A stretch of 64,000 nucleotides of DNA, from the NCBI GenBank assembly GCA_013265495.1, contig MU058844.1:11368184-11432183 (forward strand). The letters are read 5' to 3'. The position numbers were made by a program, and so were the translations under genes. The notes under the pieces are model-generated. The model searched no databases. It saw nothing but the letters and a program-made list of their open reading frames with translations, and had not been told where the DNA came from. Source of the stretch: Vicugna vicugna. Its lineage: Eukaryota. Below, in pieces: positions 34,805 through 48,973 of this stretch. Each line of letters begins with the position of its first letter. Position 1 is the stretch's first letter.

Positions 34805-37720
34805 GTGTGTTAGATAGGGTAATACCAGCTGCTATTTAAGAACAAAAAAAGAAAGAGGCCCCCCTCCAAATGCAAAATAGGTCAAATACAATAGAAGTTT
34901 ACTTCTCACTTATGTTTGGCATTTGTTTGGAGACCTAGGCTCTTGGTAGCTCTGCTGTCTTCAATCTGTGGATTCTATTGCTGGGGATGTGGGAGGGACT
35001 GTCCTCTCCTCTCCAGTCACAGGGAAGTAAGAAAAGAGGGTGGAGAGGGTATTCACGTTTCTTAAACAACTTGACACAGAATCCATGTGTCACGTGGACT
35101 TGCACTCATTTGCAAGTAGTTATTTGATATTACCTAGACACAACAGGGGCTAAAAATATCGTTCCTAGATGAGCATCCACTTCCCAAGACCCACTCTGCA
35201 CTATAAATGGGAGCATGAATTTTGGTGGAAAAGTTTTCTTGGCAACAGAACAGGAGAACAGAGTTGAAGTCTACTTTAGTATGACTTTAAATGCCCTCGT
35301 TGCCCACTCAGGTCACATTTTCCTTCTCATTTATAGTTAGTACATGTCCCTGCCATCCTACTCTCTAAAATAAACAATCCCAAAGTTCACCCAGGTCCTG
35401 TATCCAAGTCTGGCATCTCTGAGTGATGTGCATGTTTATCAAAACTGGGAGTGGCTTTTCCTGAACTGACAGTCTATAAATCAAAATTGAGTTATCTGTC
35501 CCCTCTCCCCAACCTACTGGAAAGTGGTGAATGAGAACAGGACAGACATAGTTTAAAAACTCAGTTCTAAAAAGGGAAAATAAGAACAGTACCACAGTAA
35601 CCAGACTCACTCCCAGCACTAGAATAATTTCCTACGTTAAGCCATCTGGCAGCTCTTGGTTCCACTCTAGGGGGCATACCTACTTGGTCACTATCCTGCC
35701 AATGTCTGACTTTGCCTTCAGGGAGGTTCTTACATGTCCTTTATCTCCGTGACCACATATCAAGTAGACATTAGAGAGTATTCTCAACTTGGGAGCTTCA
35801 GAATGTTGATAGGCTGGTTCTTACTGGTTGGACAGATTTAGTTTGCTTAAAGTGGTGAACTATAACAGAATTTTACAAGCCTGGCCCATGATTTCTTTGG
35901 TGACACAATGTAGCAAAAAACTTTTAGAAGGTCCAAGGCTCTTTTATTTCTATTGATTCTGATTGCAAATAAATAAAGACAAAAGTTCTCATCTGTATGT
36001 TGGCCTTTTAGCCAAAAATTTTGGTCTTTTATTCACTTGTTTCTGTGTGCTGTCACTCACTCTCTTGCTCAATTTAATAGTGACTACCTTAAGGCCAAAT
36101 AAAACAATTGGCTTCAATAGGAAAGCAAGGTCCTTAATCTAATGTTCCCCCTGGGCTGGCTCCCTTTGTCTGGTAGTCTTAATGGTTTTGTCCAGTCTTA
36201 TCTCCTGCTAGGACTGTTTCTTGATTTAGAGACTCATTTTATCACTGCCTCAGTTTGGGCACAAACACCTTTGTTTCCTGTCAGGACTGATTTATAAGGT
36301 CCTGTATTTTAAGACTCTCTGTCTATTTAGATTGCAGGACAAAGCCTACCTTGCCAGAGCTTCATATTCTTTCTCTCTCTCTCTCTTTTTCTTCTCTTTG
36401 CAAGTGGCTAATTCTAATTTGAGTTTACCTCTCTGTAGGTTTTGCTACATGGCAAAAAATTTTTTTTCTTTTTAAACTGAAAAGAAATATACAGCCAATA
36501 GGCAAGAAAAGTAGGTATTAAAGGCTTGGTTGGCACATGGTCTTATATCCAAGATCTCTCCAAGTCAAATTTTGTCAATGTTTTGCCACAACATACTCAC
36601 TGTCAACAGCTTTCCAGTTCAATATCTGCATCCTCACTCCATACCATCTAATAACTAAGCCATATAATATCTCTAGGTGCTGTTTCTACAGCCCCACTCC
36701 CAAGTACCATGGTCTATATTAACTGGGGTATCAATTCAACCATGGGCAGAGAGAATCCAAAAAAAAAATTTTTAAGCAGGAAAGTTGCTTGTTTATCTTT
36801 TAATTAGATGTCAGCTAGAAATCCAGGGCTGAAATGAAGGCCCCATAATCATGGGGGATTCGGGCTCATTTAACTTCCTTGCCTAGCCATTCTCAATATA
36901 TGATGCCTATTACTGTTTTGGCTACTCCAGCTGTCACCAATATGTCCGCATTCCAGCTAAGGTATCAGTCAAAGGAAGGAAGAGGTACCATTTTGTTCTC
37001 TCAAAATCACAACCCCAAAACAGGACACCTCACTTCTGTTCTTCTCCCGTTAGCCAGAATTAGATTGTAGAGAAGGACAAAAAATCTTTTCTTCTACTCA
37101 TTTAGATTTACCAACTGGGATCCTGTAAATTAGATGGACTACAGACAGATTAGCAAGAGGAAAAAACCCAGACATTTCTTAGCATGTGCCTTGTGCATGT
37201 ACACATTGGGGCATCCACTGAGGCAAATTCAAAGGACTGGTTAGAAGTTGGGCTCATATACCATCTTAGGCTAAACAAAGGAAAAGAGGTTTGAGGCTTT
37301 TGGGCAGGGAAGGCAAGTTATGGTAAACAAGGGTTGTTTATTAAGATTTGTTATGCAGATTTTTAAGTGGGTGCCTTCTCCATTGATAAGAATTGTTTAG
37401 TGTCCTCTTCTTCCTAGTATGGGAGAGGGAGACATCTTTTACAAGTGGAAATTTCCTTTATAAATGTAAATCTCCTTTACAAAGGGAAAAACAAGCATCC
37501 TGTTTTTAAATTTCCTGCCTCTGCTGATTTTCAATGGCCTTTATTTAGCTTAAAATAAGTCCATATGCTGAAGAGGTATATTTTGTGGAGGTATATTCTG
37601 GTACCCTTCAAAGCTATATGACCATATAGCTAGAGGGTGGCTGGGAACTGCAGTTGAAAAGTAGTTGTTTATCATTTAAGAGAAGAATAAGTATCTGAGG
37701 AAAATTCTGTAGTCTTTTCC
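34805..37720 (-). mobile_element. MaLR provirus remnant: LTR (~34805-35247), internal region (~35248-36712), LTR (~36713-37720, interrupted)
   Basis: Two MLT1-like LTRs in the same orientation flank a ~1.46 kb MLT1-int-like segment ending cagccccactcccaagtacca (reverse of the MaLR tggtac...agtgggg start). Confidence 0.65.
37066..37610 (-). mobile_element. ERV1-class solo LTR (MER34/MER39-like) nested in the MaLR LTR
   Basis: tgtagagaagg...ggtacccttca. Shares gtgccttctccattgataagaatt with the reverse complement of the 33647 LTR. Host LTR text ttagccagaattag resumes as ctatatgaccatatagctagagggtggctgggaactgcagt. Confidence 0.8.
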
Positions 37721-40700
37721 ATTCATTTGCATGTATAACTGAGGCAAAAATTTAACATGAAACCTACCCTATTTGTAAAACCCTCTGATTTTTCCTATTA
37801 GTCTATTTTAATAAAAAACACTATTCAAACCCACAAAATTAATTTATTTATTAATGCATCAAAACTATCAGTTTTAAATCTATGGGTCTAGATGGCAAGT
37901 TTTAAGCTCGATATGAATCAGCTGAATTCTCCATCCTTGATTATAAAGGAAGCTTACATTTGGTGGTAATCTCAGGTGTAGGATGATTTCAGGAACAGGA
38001 GAAAAAAAAAAAACCTACTCCTAGATACAAGGCAAAACAAGAAGGACAAAAGAGAAGAAAATAAATCTCTCCCATCAGACTTTAACTGGAGACTTGAGTC
38101 TTTCATAATCAGAGATAAAAGGTTTAGAGATGCTGCAAGCACCTGGAGGCATTAACACATGACTGTGAATAAGTTTCTGTGGTTTTGCACCCTGCAGGGT
38201 TAACTACAGTCTACTACTTTTGCTATTCAAAATAAATAATAATACCCCTATTACCATACCCCAAATTCTTAGGATCCCTCTGAGCTCACAGTCGCATCCT
38301 TTTCAGACTGCATTTATCCCTAGCACATGACTAAGACAGGAAAAAGCAACTGTCTTTTTTTTTTTTTAGCACAGGTCTGAGGGAGTACTCCATATGGCTT
38401 CCCAATAGAAAAAAATATATAAATGTACATCTGTAAAGAACAAATTATTTTCCTTTTAAAATTTTTTTTAATTCTGTTTTGGAATTACATGAAATCTGGA
38501 GGAAAATAAACACTGATTCTCAGTGGATAAAAATTTCAGCAGTGAACAAGGTTATGCAAGTGTTCAAACAAAAATGAATCTGAGACAAAGCTTTATTTTA
38601 AAAATGTGGTTTGAGGCAATACATTGACGCTTCAGAGAAGATACTGGTGCTGAACTTTGATGCTTCAGGGTATATTACCAATTATTATTATTTAAATAAA
38701 ATTGCTTGTGAAATAGCTTATGCCACTAAGATTTTTAGTTATAGAAACAACAAACTCAATATCCCATTAGTATTTTCAAAGAGGACATAAAATAGTAAAT
38801 CCATTTCAGAATAATCAGGTCTTATTTTGCCAACTGTGATAAGCTAACAAAGAATCTCTGCTCCTTCTTCTCCTGTCCCCCCACCCTATAATACAGACTA
38901 CATCTAATATACCTACCAATTTCCACTTTCATTCGGTAGAATTACACTCCATAACTGATCATCACTGGTCTGGTATCTCCAGTATTTTGACAAACTAGTA
39001 TAATATCCTAAACAAATCTACCATTGTTACCATTAGACATTACTTTATAAAGTATCGATTCTTCTACTCACATATACTAAAAGACAAAGGGTCATTCCAA
39101 GCACATGGTATTTAAATGATTATGTTTTAGAATCATGTTTCTCTTTTATGTTCACTCTCTCCTTTACCCCTACCTGTACCTTCCTTTGGCCACCAAAGAA
39201 AGGACTCTGGCTGACTTGGCTGTGTTATTTGCATATGATCTGCATAGTGACCCACATCAGTTCCATCTCTGCAAGTGAATGTTAGCTTCAAATCCTATCC
39301 CTCTTACCCTTGTACCTGAACCTTGAATAATGTCCAATCAATCAAAGCATTATGTGGCTCTAGCCCAAACTTTTGTTCATGGCATCTGCTTTACTGGGAA
39401 TTAGGAGCCTCCTTTTAGTAATCCCACTGCTACCTCCCTCATGTGTGCTCCCTTAAAATTTCATGCCTACCTGGAGTTTGTCCTTAATGCATGCACTGTG
39501 ACCATGAATGCCTTCAGAACATTGACTATACCAGGTTCATTTTGTTTACACCAGCATCTAGAACAGTTCCAAACATAACAACCCCTTAATGAAAGCTTCT
39601 TAAATAAGCTCATAAACATAAGAATATGAAAGTGCTCATAACAGCCAGAACACACAGTGTCGTGGGAATGAGAGTGGAAGGAGGGAGAAGGCCAGAGTGT
39701 GAAGGCAGAGACTATTTAACAAACAGTGTTACAGGGAAGTCACCGCTAAATATTCACATCTCGTGTTTCTGACTCATGGGCATTTTCCAGACTGAAAGTT
39801 GATTTGGATGCAATCACAACCATATTTATAAAATATAGAAGTGCTGAGTTGGGTAAACGTTTTCATTCTCTCAATTTGCAAAGACTGAGATTTAGCTCAA
39901 ACCAAGTAACAGGCATCCTTAAGTATCAGATTCTGATGCAAAGTTTGTTTTTTGGGGGTTTTTTTCTGACTTTTATGGGCTGGGAGCTAGAGAACTCATG
40001 CTGATAGCTCACACTGGAGACTTACTAGTGGCTGGCATCGATCTTCCAAGCCATCAAAAAACCTTTCAGAAGAGTCCAGAATTGGTCACTATAAAGCAGT
40101 GTGGAGAAGCCATCAGAAAGGTTCTTTGTGTCCTGACAAAAATGTAACAATATAATATTTGGTTGAGTACTGAGTGTACTAATAAAACATATAATGGAAG
40201 AAAGCAATAGATAAAGGAATTAACTCTTTTTTTGCCATTCAAACTCTTTCAACTGAAATTTTTTTTTTTAAATTTCTACAGCTTCAGGTACAGCTGCCAT
40301 TCACTGTTTTTTTTGTTAGAAAGGATTTAATCCATAAGAACTAAGAATTTCAGCATTTGCACTGAAATGACATGGGCTGTAGGATGTAGCAAAAGGTACT
40401 CACACAGTTATAAATCATATAAATTGTTTTTTAAAGAGGAACAACAATAGAAAGGTTGTACTTTGGCCTCACTTTCTCTGGAGAAGATTTGAAGGCAATT
40501 ATAACTGTTTTTTTCTTGGGAATATTTGCCCGAAGCTTTTTGTGAGCTAGACTGCCAAGAGGTGACATTCCTCTTTTCTGCTCTTTCTAATATGTCTGAT
40601 ATTTTTTCTTAAGATTACAGAGAGACAATTTGGAAAAAAACAAGCCAATCACAATAACTTCAGAAAGAACACAAATCTTAAACTTATTCCACAAAAGGTG

Positions 40701-40919
40701 TTTGTAACAACTGACCCAGCTACAAAACCACTGCCAACTCTATATGGTACAAGAAGCCCTAAGGAATTCAACCCTCCCTGATAACCAGTTGCTTTTACCC
40801 ACATCTTGCACCTCCCTATACTATCCTACAAGATGGACTCAAATCGAGAGAAAAAGAACAAGCTGAAATGTACTACCTTAGAATGAGTCAGGCAGCAAGA
40901 CAAAATTCAACTGCTAATT

Positions 40920-41520
40920 TATTTACTTAATCAGAAAATATTTATTGAGTGGCATGGAGCTCACAACCTACTAGTCCATGAGGCTAGTCAATCAAGACAA
41001 GTTGCTTGTGTCCAGCAGGGGGAGACAACCATGTAAGGCAATACATGTAAGCTATATTTAACACTCAGCATCCAGTTGGTGCACAAAGAATCCTAACAGC
41101 TTGTCAAGTAAAGGTTTCACAGAACAAATAGATAACTGTAGAAATGACAGAGAACAGAAAGAGATGGGGTGCAGAAATAGAAAAGGATGTACGAGGAAAT
41201 ACAGATATGTTGATATAGCTGGAAGATGTAAGTGAGGGCTGATAAGAGCTAAGGTAGCAAAGATGGTAAAGGTTGATATCACAGATGCCTTTGGAACTCA
41301 CACTAGTTACTTGAATCTCATCTTGAAGTCAGTAAAGTGCATGAAAATAAATTACAAACAGGTGTGCCAGGGAACCCCACTGCAATAGTTCAGGAGAAAG
41401 ACAATAAAGACCTGAATGAATGAGTGACAGCAAGAGTGAATAGGAAGTGGTTAAACCAAGAGATAGTAAATAAGAAAACATATGTAAGTACTAGATTGGT
41501 GCCTGGCAAAGAGAAATGAC
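40920..41520. mobile_element. L2 fragment
   Basis: aaatatttattgagt 3' terminus motif followed by purine-rich L2-like body. Confidence 0.55.
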
Positions 41521-41674
41521 TAGATATTTATCTGTTGTATTTGCTATCATATGTATCATCCATAAGCAGATTACTTTCAGTAGAGGAAAGGGCTCAGGAA
41601 AAGCTCCTGATTGTTTAAGGAATGAGTATTTCCAGCAATATAAGAGCAATGACAACCACAGATCTAAGCATGAG

Positions 41675-42337
41675 AGGCCTATGTCTGCACTTTGGAAAGC
41701 CTGAAATAATCCTCTTCTGGTCATGCCCATCTTCCAAGGGTAGGCAACATGGATTCAAGGAGACCTATCCAGCCAGAGTCCCTAGCTCTCCGTTTCTAGA
41801 TCATCCTCCTAGCATATAGGAATCACATTCCATGCCTGTGTGACCTTAGCCTGATCAGCACTTGGTTTGGGTCTCTTCCTTGTAACCATCATCCTAAAAG
41901 CAGACTGAACCACTGATATTCATATCCCTAGGCTGGAGGGATGACTAAGGGGGAGCTATATACGGGGGCAGGGATGGAGCTTGGATGCATGGATGCCATG
42001 CCTACAGGCAAGTAGGGGATCCCTTGTATTGTGCGATGAATGCAACGGTGGATGGACAAAGGGAGCAAGCAGCAGGCTAGAAGCCAGGGGCCCTGGGGCA
42101 AGAAGGTGGCTTTCTTCCTACCACCACATTCTAGCACAGATGTATAAAGAGTCCAAGAATTCTAAATTCAAACTTGGCTTTTCACATCATTATAGAGATT
42201 TATTTGTCAAGATTGGGGGATAGAACATATTTTATTTAATGACTTAATTTATAATATTTAAATATGTACACATATGATATGTAGACCTCTGTTTTACACT
42301 TGTCTGGAGCCCTGTGAAGACTGGAAATGGAACCTGA
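41675..42337. mobile_element. hAT-Tip100 nonautonomous element, MER115/Zaphod-like
   Basis: ctaaattcaaacttggc...atttgtcaagattgggggatagaacatattttatttaa...atatgtagacctctgttttacacttgtctggagccctg matches my recollection of the MER115 end. Confidence 0.6.
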
Positions 42338-42349
42338 TGGAAAACTGAA

Positions 42350-43930
42350 TTTTAAGAAATCTCACCAAACAGCATTCCTACATTGGATGAAAGTCAACAC
42401 ATACTTATAAATACAGAAATTAACAAGAAGGTAGGGAACATTTCCAAAGTCAAAGAAAAACAGAAGGAAAACAAACAAACAAAAAAGATAAAAAGACACA
42501 AGAGATATAATGGGAAATCTCTTCCAGTTCAAAGAGGAGAAATAAGAGGAAAAGGGGAGAAGCAAAATTTTCAAAGAAATAATGTCTGAAAACTTTCAGA
42601 ATTTATATAGAAATATGCTTCTTCAGGTTCAGGGAGCTCAACAAATCCAAAGCTAGATACAGAAAAATGAATCAAAACCTAAAACTTGTAACAATAAAAA
42701 ATTATAAAAGGGAGGATTTCAAAGCAGTCATGGGAGGAAGATGTAACATGCACACAGAAGGTGAAACGGCACTGACAAGACTTCCGATAGCAACAAAGGA
42801 AGCCAAAAGACAGCAGAGCAGTAAGTACCTGACGCTTCTGAAAGAAGGTAGCTGCCAACCAGAATTAAGGACACAGATAAACTACCATTCCAGAGCAAGG
42901 GCAAAATAAAGACATTTCCAGATAAAGGTGGATAGTTTACTACAAATAGAACCTCACAAAAAGAACTTGTTTTGAAGAAGTAAGGAGTTATATCCAGAAA
43001 TACTTTAGAATCTAACATTTCATTTTAAAACAGAGGAAACGATAAACATGGAGAAATTTAAACAAACATTTAACAGTACAAGTTGAAAATCATTATAATA
43101 ATGTTAAATTTGGAGAGTGTTATGGATGAACTGTATTTCTCCCCAGCATTCATATATTGAAGTCTTTAACCCCCAGCTCAGAAAGTGACCTTTTTTTGAG
43201 ATTGGGTCTTCAGAAAGGTAATCACGTTAAAGTGCAGTCACTGGGTGAGCCCTGATCTAATAGGACTGGAGTCTTTATAAAAAGAAATTTGGACGCAGAG
43301 ACATGCATAAAGGGAAGATGAAACAAAGAAATACAGGGAGAAGATGGCCATCTACCAGCCAAGGAGAGTGGCCTGGAACTGATTCTTTCCTCAGAAAGGA
43401 ACCAACCCTGCTGACACCTTGATTCTGGACACCAAGAACCCAAAACTGTGAGACAACAAATTTGTTATTTAAGTTAACCAGATTATGGTAAAAAAATAAA
43501 AGTGAGAATTATAATTTTGTAATTAATGACATTAAGACTGGTGGGGATGGTAGTAAAACTCTTAAGTCTCAAGACTATTACAGAGACATTAACATCATAT
43601 TGAAAGCATCCATGTAAAAAGCGGGATGGATAAATGACAGGAATAGGGAGAATACTTCCAAAGTCAACTGAACAGGAAAAGTAGAATTTAAAACCAAAAC
43701 CTCAATTTTTAAAAAAAGATGGCAATAAATAAGGAGGAAATATCTAAAGGAAGGGAAAACAAAGTATGCAATGAGATGGTAAAAGTAATTGCAAATATTA
43801 ATACACCATTTATTAAAGAATTAAATGAACTACATTCAACTCTTGAAAGGAAAAGACAGGTAAGATTAAAAAAAACCCAAAATCTAGCAATAGCATTTAC
43901 CAAAGACACATCTAAAATATAAGGGCATAC
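42350..43930 (+). mobile_element. Ancient L1 ORF1/HAL1-like fragment, interrupted by an MLT1 LTR
   Basis: tcaaagaaataatgtctgaaaactttcagaattt, ccaaccagaatt, gggcaaaataaagacatttccagataa, gtttactacaaatagaacctcacaaaaagaact are ORF1-type motifs. Confidence 0.7.
43118..43490 (+). mobile_element. MLT1A/B/C-like MaLR solo LTR
   Basis: tgttatggatgaactg...attcatatattgaagtc...gagaagatggccatctaccagccaaggagag...aaccaaccctgctgacaccttgattctggac...aactgtgagacaacaaatt. Confidence 0.85.
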
Positions 43931-44789
43931 TCACATATAACCAGGTGTCTACAAGAACTTTTGAAAAGCAGTTTGGAAAAAGAATTATAAGAAAATTAAG
44001 AGTAAAATTTTTGAGGTGTATCTTTAAAATGTCATGGCGTATTTTATAAATTATTTTAAAAAACAGCTTAAGAGCATTTGCCATCTCAGTAAATGGTAGC
44101 ATATATTATTTATATATACAGTAACAGGCAATTAGAGAAAAAATGTTCTTCTTTTCCTTTTGTTTTAATATCTGAAAAACATGCGGGGCATTTAAATAAA
44201 ACACTGAGGCTCCACAAAGATAAGAAATTACTTTCTTAATAGCACATTTTCTGCATTAAGCATAAATGATCATTATACTGTTATTATAGTAAGAGGTAAC
44301 TTTTCAAGCAATATGATATTCATTAAGTTATTAATATAGTAGTTATCCAGAGACTGCAATATGAAATGAAATTTCAACTAGGGACATCTAAAACACATAT
44401 TTTCACTTCTTTTGATTAATCACATTCTAGGTTAGCTAAAAATTAATATAGAAATTACCAATAACTTTGACAGACAAATTACAACGTGTAAGCCATCGAG
44501 CTAGCAGAGAACCTGTGACTCCAAGTATGTGAAAAGATAAAGTCCACAAGATAGAAAATAAAATTTTTTGTTTGGCTAGAAGGCAATCGAAATTGATCGA
44601 GTGTAAAAAATATACTGATCGATTCTTTTTCAGAATTACACTGTATCTGTTTAAGTTCAATTAAAAACAAACAATTTTTTGGTTGTATTTTCATGTATGG
44701 TATATACATAATGTAAGTAATGCTAATTATATTCAGAAGTTCTAGAATAAATGAAGAAATTCTAGGAGTATCTGACTGCCTCATACGTA

Positions 44790-45040
44790 AAGTAACGGTT
44801 TCAGCACTCAGGATATTTTGAACTGGGTAATTCTTGCTCGTATGTGGAAGAGGTGGGCAGGAGGCTGGCCTGAGCTTTGCAGGATGTTCAGCAGCATCCC
44901 TGGCCTTTACTCCTCCGATAACCAGCAGCACCTCCCTGGCTCCTCTCACCCCCTCCCCCAAGTCGTGATAATCAAAACTGTCTTCAGACATTGCAAAACG
45001 TCTCCTGTGGGGCAAAATTATCCCTGGTTGAGAATCACTG
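44790..45040. mobile_element. MER20-like hAT MITE (accounts for part of the 178-aa ORF 44479..45015)
   Basis: gcaggatgttcagcagcatccctggcctttact...cagacattgcaaaacgtctcctgtggggcaaaattatccctggttgagaatcactg. Confidence 0.85.
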
Positions 45041-45479
45041 ATTTAATCTGAGTATTTCTAGCTCATTTTCTTTTTCTTAGTGATACTTCAAGAGATTTTC
45101 AATTTCATTTTAGATTATAAATATGCCCAATATATAGCCCAGGAGTCTTTATCTAAGAAAATGATTGACACTTGAATGGGAGCAGTGATAACTACATAAA
45201 GCTACATCTTTCACAGGGTATTTTTAAAGTAGACTGAAACATTTTCAGTTGTGTAATATGACTATTAAGAAGGCTCATTAGCATTCTTTGGGGCTACCTC
45301 TATGTATTAGGGATCTCAGTTGCAAATCGAATCTCAGTGCAAATTTAATTTAAAGAAAGAGGAGTTGGAGGCTATCTCGTGTAACCCAAGGGCAAGATAG
45401 CAGCTGGGCTGTCATCTGCAAGCTGGGGCAGTGTCAGGCCCAGAAATATTCTCATCATCCAATTTCTCTTTCTATGCCT

Positions 45480-46210
45480 ACTTTATGTTTTTATTTTAAA
45501 CTTTTTACTATGAAAATTTCCAAGTATACACGAAATTAGAGGGAAGAGTGCAGTTAACACCAATTCACCTGTAACTCAGCCTCGTCAATTACAATATTCT
45601 ATCATTCTTGTTTCATCTCTTACTTTCCCCTTTCACTCTACATTTCTGGAGTATATGAAAGCAAATTCGAGACATGGTAACATTTAGTTGGTAAATATTT
45701 TTGTATATACTGCTAAAAGATATGCTCCTTTTGTGACATAACTATGAAATTACTGCCACCTGTAAATTCAAAACAATTTCTTAATGTTATCAAATATCCC
45801 ATCAGTGCTCAACTTTCCTTGTCTCATCAGTGTCTTTTAATAGTTGATTTATTTAAATTAGAGTCCAACAAGTTCAGCATTTAGCACTTGATTGATCTGT
45901 CACTTTAATATGTTCTAATCTATAATAATTCCCAGGCTCTCTTTTTTTTCCCATAGTCCCTTGGTTGGTCAAAGAAACTTGGTTATTTGTCCTATAGAAA
46001 TGCCTAAATTGCAGATTTGGCTAACTATACCACCTTACTATTTGGTGTCCCTATTTTCTGTGTCTATCTTTTAATTTGGATATTTGGATCTGGATGCTGA
46101 TCAGACTCAGATTCAAATTTCTGGCAAGAATATTTCATAGCAGTTACAGTGTATAGCTCTTACTGCATCATATCAGAAGGCAAAATTGTTAAATAGTCTC
46201 TCTTCTGTGC
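45480..46210 (-). mobile_element. Ancient L1 (L1MC/ME-like) 3' end
   Basis: ttactatgaaaatttccaagtatacacgaaattagaggg...gttatcaaatatcccatcagtgctcaactttcc...tcagattcaaatttctggcaagaatatttcatag. Confidence 0.75.
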
Positions 46211-46367
46211 AATTAAGTTCCCCGTCACTTCTTCATTCTTCGTTAAATGTCTGATTGTCCAAAATTATGTATTTAGCATTATGTAGCTTTTGTGTGTCCA
46301 AGGACGCCATACTGACAACTAGTTTTCCTTAAAATCACAGTAAGCCCATTGACAATGAGTCTCTACT

Positions 46368-47013
46368 AGGAATAGACTTAACATATGACCCAGGAATCCC
46401 ACTCCTGGGCATATATCCAGAAGGAACCCTACCTCAGAAGACACCTGCACCCCAATGTTCATAGCAGCACTATTTACAATAGCCAAGACATGGAAACAAC
46501 CTAAATGTCCATCAACAAATGACTGGATAAAGAAGATGTGGTATATTTATACAATGGAATACTATTCAGCCATAAAAACTGAATGTAACTCCAGTTGCAG
46601 CAACACGGATGTTCCTGGAGAATGTCATTCTAAGTGAAATAAGCCAGAAAGAGAAAGAAAAATACCATATGAGATCGCTCATATGTGGAATCAAAAAAAA
46701 AAAAGAGAACATAAATACAAAACAGAAACAGACTCATAGACATAGAATACAAACTTGTGGTTGCCAAGAGGGCAAAGGGTGGGAAGGGACAGACTGGGAT
46801 TACAAAATGCAGAATAGATAACCAAGATTATACTGTATAGCATAGGGCAATATATACAAGATCCTGTGGTAGCTCACAGTGAAAAAAAAAATGTGACAAT
46901 GAATATGTGTATGTTCATGTATAACTGAAATATTGTGCTCTACACTGGAATTTCACACAACATTGTAAAATGACTATAACTCAATAAAGAAATGTTTAAA
47001 AACAAAAACAAAA
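46368..47013 (+). mobile_element. 5'-truncated young L1 3' end
   Basis: ORF2 C-terminal peptide [41 protein letters not shown], 3'UTR and A-rich tail. agtctcta on both flanks (46358-46365, 47014-47021). Confidence 0.95.
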
Positions 47014-48973
47014 AGTCTCTATTTTTGAAAGGATTCTAATTCACGTTTGAGCACTACAGCAGCATCACTGTGGCAAGCGGATAACTTCCCCAACATTATT
47101 TGAAGAGGATAAAACTCATTCAGATGTATAATTGCTAGTAAATTTGCTTAAAATCCAAATGTCATGGCCTTATAATCACAGTATAAAGCTGGTGACAAAA
47201 CTGGTAATAATAACCCCCTAGATGTGACTAGTGCTCTAGACCTTCCTCAGCATTTTCACATCCTGAATCTCATTCAGTTCTCTGGACAGACGAGAGGTGC
47301 TGCTGGAAGGCCATCCCGGGCACTCAGGATGGATGTGCACCTCCCCGACAGTCCTTCTGCTGTCCTCCGGCAGAAGAGGGCTGACGGCTGATAATGGAAT
47401 TGTTTCTTTCATGAATGCAATGTTGCTACCGGACATAGCTTACTCAACTTTAATAACCAACTTTAAAATATAGAGGTCAAAGTCGCAAAATTGGACTGGG
47501 GCTTTGTGGGCAAAACTATTAAAACAGGTTGCACAGGTTAGAAATGACTATGAGGACCGTCTACATCATATGATGGAGGAGGAAACTGGGACCAAAAGTG
47601 GGAAACGTAAAAACGAGGCAATCACCCACAGGGACTGTATTTCATTTATTACTTTATCATGAATTACTAAGATTCTTATTATCTGTGCATTAAAATCTAG
47701 TATCACTCAATACTACACTAGGCTGAGGCCAAGAGAAATTCAAAATTAGATCTCTGTGAGAAAAAGTCGACAGAAGGCCTGTCAGCGAGATGTACGTACT
47801 AATTTCTAGCCAGACTATTCCAAAGACAGGGAAAAAGAAAAACAAAACAAGCATATGGATGCTCGTGAACACAGGAAAGATCACTTAGCTTCATTATATT
47901 ATATATATAAAACTGTATCATTTCTGGTTTGATAAATCTTTGAGGGTCTGGTACATCCAAGGATCTAAATAGGTGCCCTAGAAGACGCAGCTATGGACTG
48001 GAAACTGTCTTTGACTTCAAGCAAGGAGGGTGATGCGAAATGTGATAGAACATTAAAATAAACAATTCAGATGACGAATGTTGTAAATGCTATGAAAATG
48101 TTACAGGTAAAAACTACAGAAAGCTAATTCCAACCGGAGGTAGTTAGCCTTCACGAAAGGGGTGGCAATTTCCAAGGATGAATAGGATTCAGGCCTTCGA
48201 GGCAGAGACCGCGGCTTGAGCAAAACAAAGGTCTGAGAAAAATGTTTCTGTCCTCTGGAAAGAAAAATGAATACCATGGTTTGAGGACAAAGTAGCACAA
48301 AGGAAGGATAAAGGCAAGAGATCAAAATGCAGTGGGATGAAGTTGGGAGGGCTGTGGATTCCATGCCAGGGAATGGGGCTCCATTTCAATGACAATGAGA
48401 CACCTTCAACGGACTTTTCAGCAGGGACACGCATATTTAATACACTGATGTAGAAGGATTCTTCTGCAGCTGTATTAAAGATTAATTGAAAGGGAAAGAG
48501 AGTGGAGATGGCTGGGAAGAAAACCAACCAACCTCTAAATCAGGAAATGAAAGCAGGGAGAGGAAAATGAACGGGAGAACTGAAGAAGCAGCCAGGCCAT
48601 GACTACATAATGGCTGAAGCCGCTTGCAACCTCAATTTGATGTTCCTACTTTTCGGGGAATCAGATTTTTGTGTTTAAACTTCTATGTGAATTTCTAAAT
48701 AATGTAATTTTAAAATGCCAAAAAACATATCCCCTGCATCATAGGGGTATATACTGTTTCATTCTTTCTGCCATAAAATGGTATCTAACAATGGCTGGCA
48801 CAGAATAATCATTTAATGGATTTTTCTTACAGTTCAGGTGTGAAAAAATGGTAGGCTGCAAACACCACCATGTTAATTGATGAGATAATGACATTTACTT
48901 GCCATGGTTTTAGGTTTTAGTGACCCAGCTGAGGAACAACCGAAGCCCACAACCATTAAAAAGCCTATCTCTA

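Noticed and set aside
41012..41025. CTCF-like motif ccagcagggggaga
   Set aside because: Two mismatches to the core, lies in a degraded L2, and such matches are expected by chance in 64 kb.
44479..45015. Longest ORF in the track (178 aa) as a gene
   Set aside because: Non-ATG start, first half is MER20-derived, and the rest is low-complexity AT-rich text.
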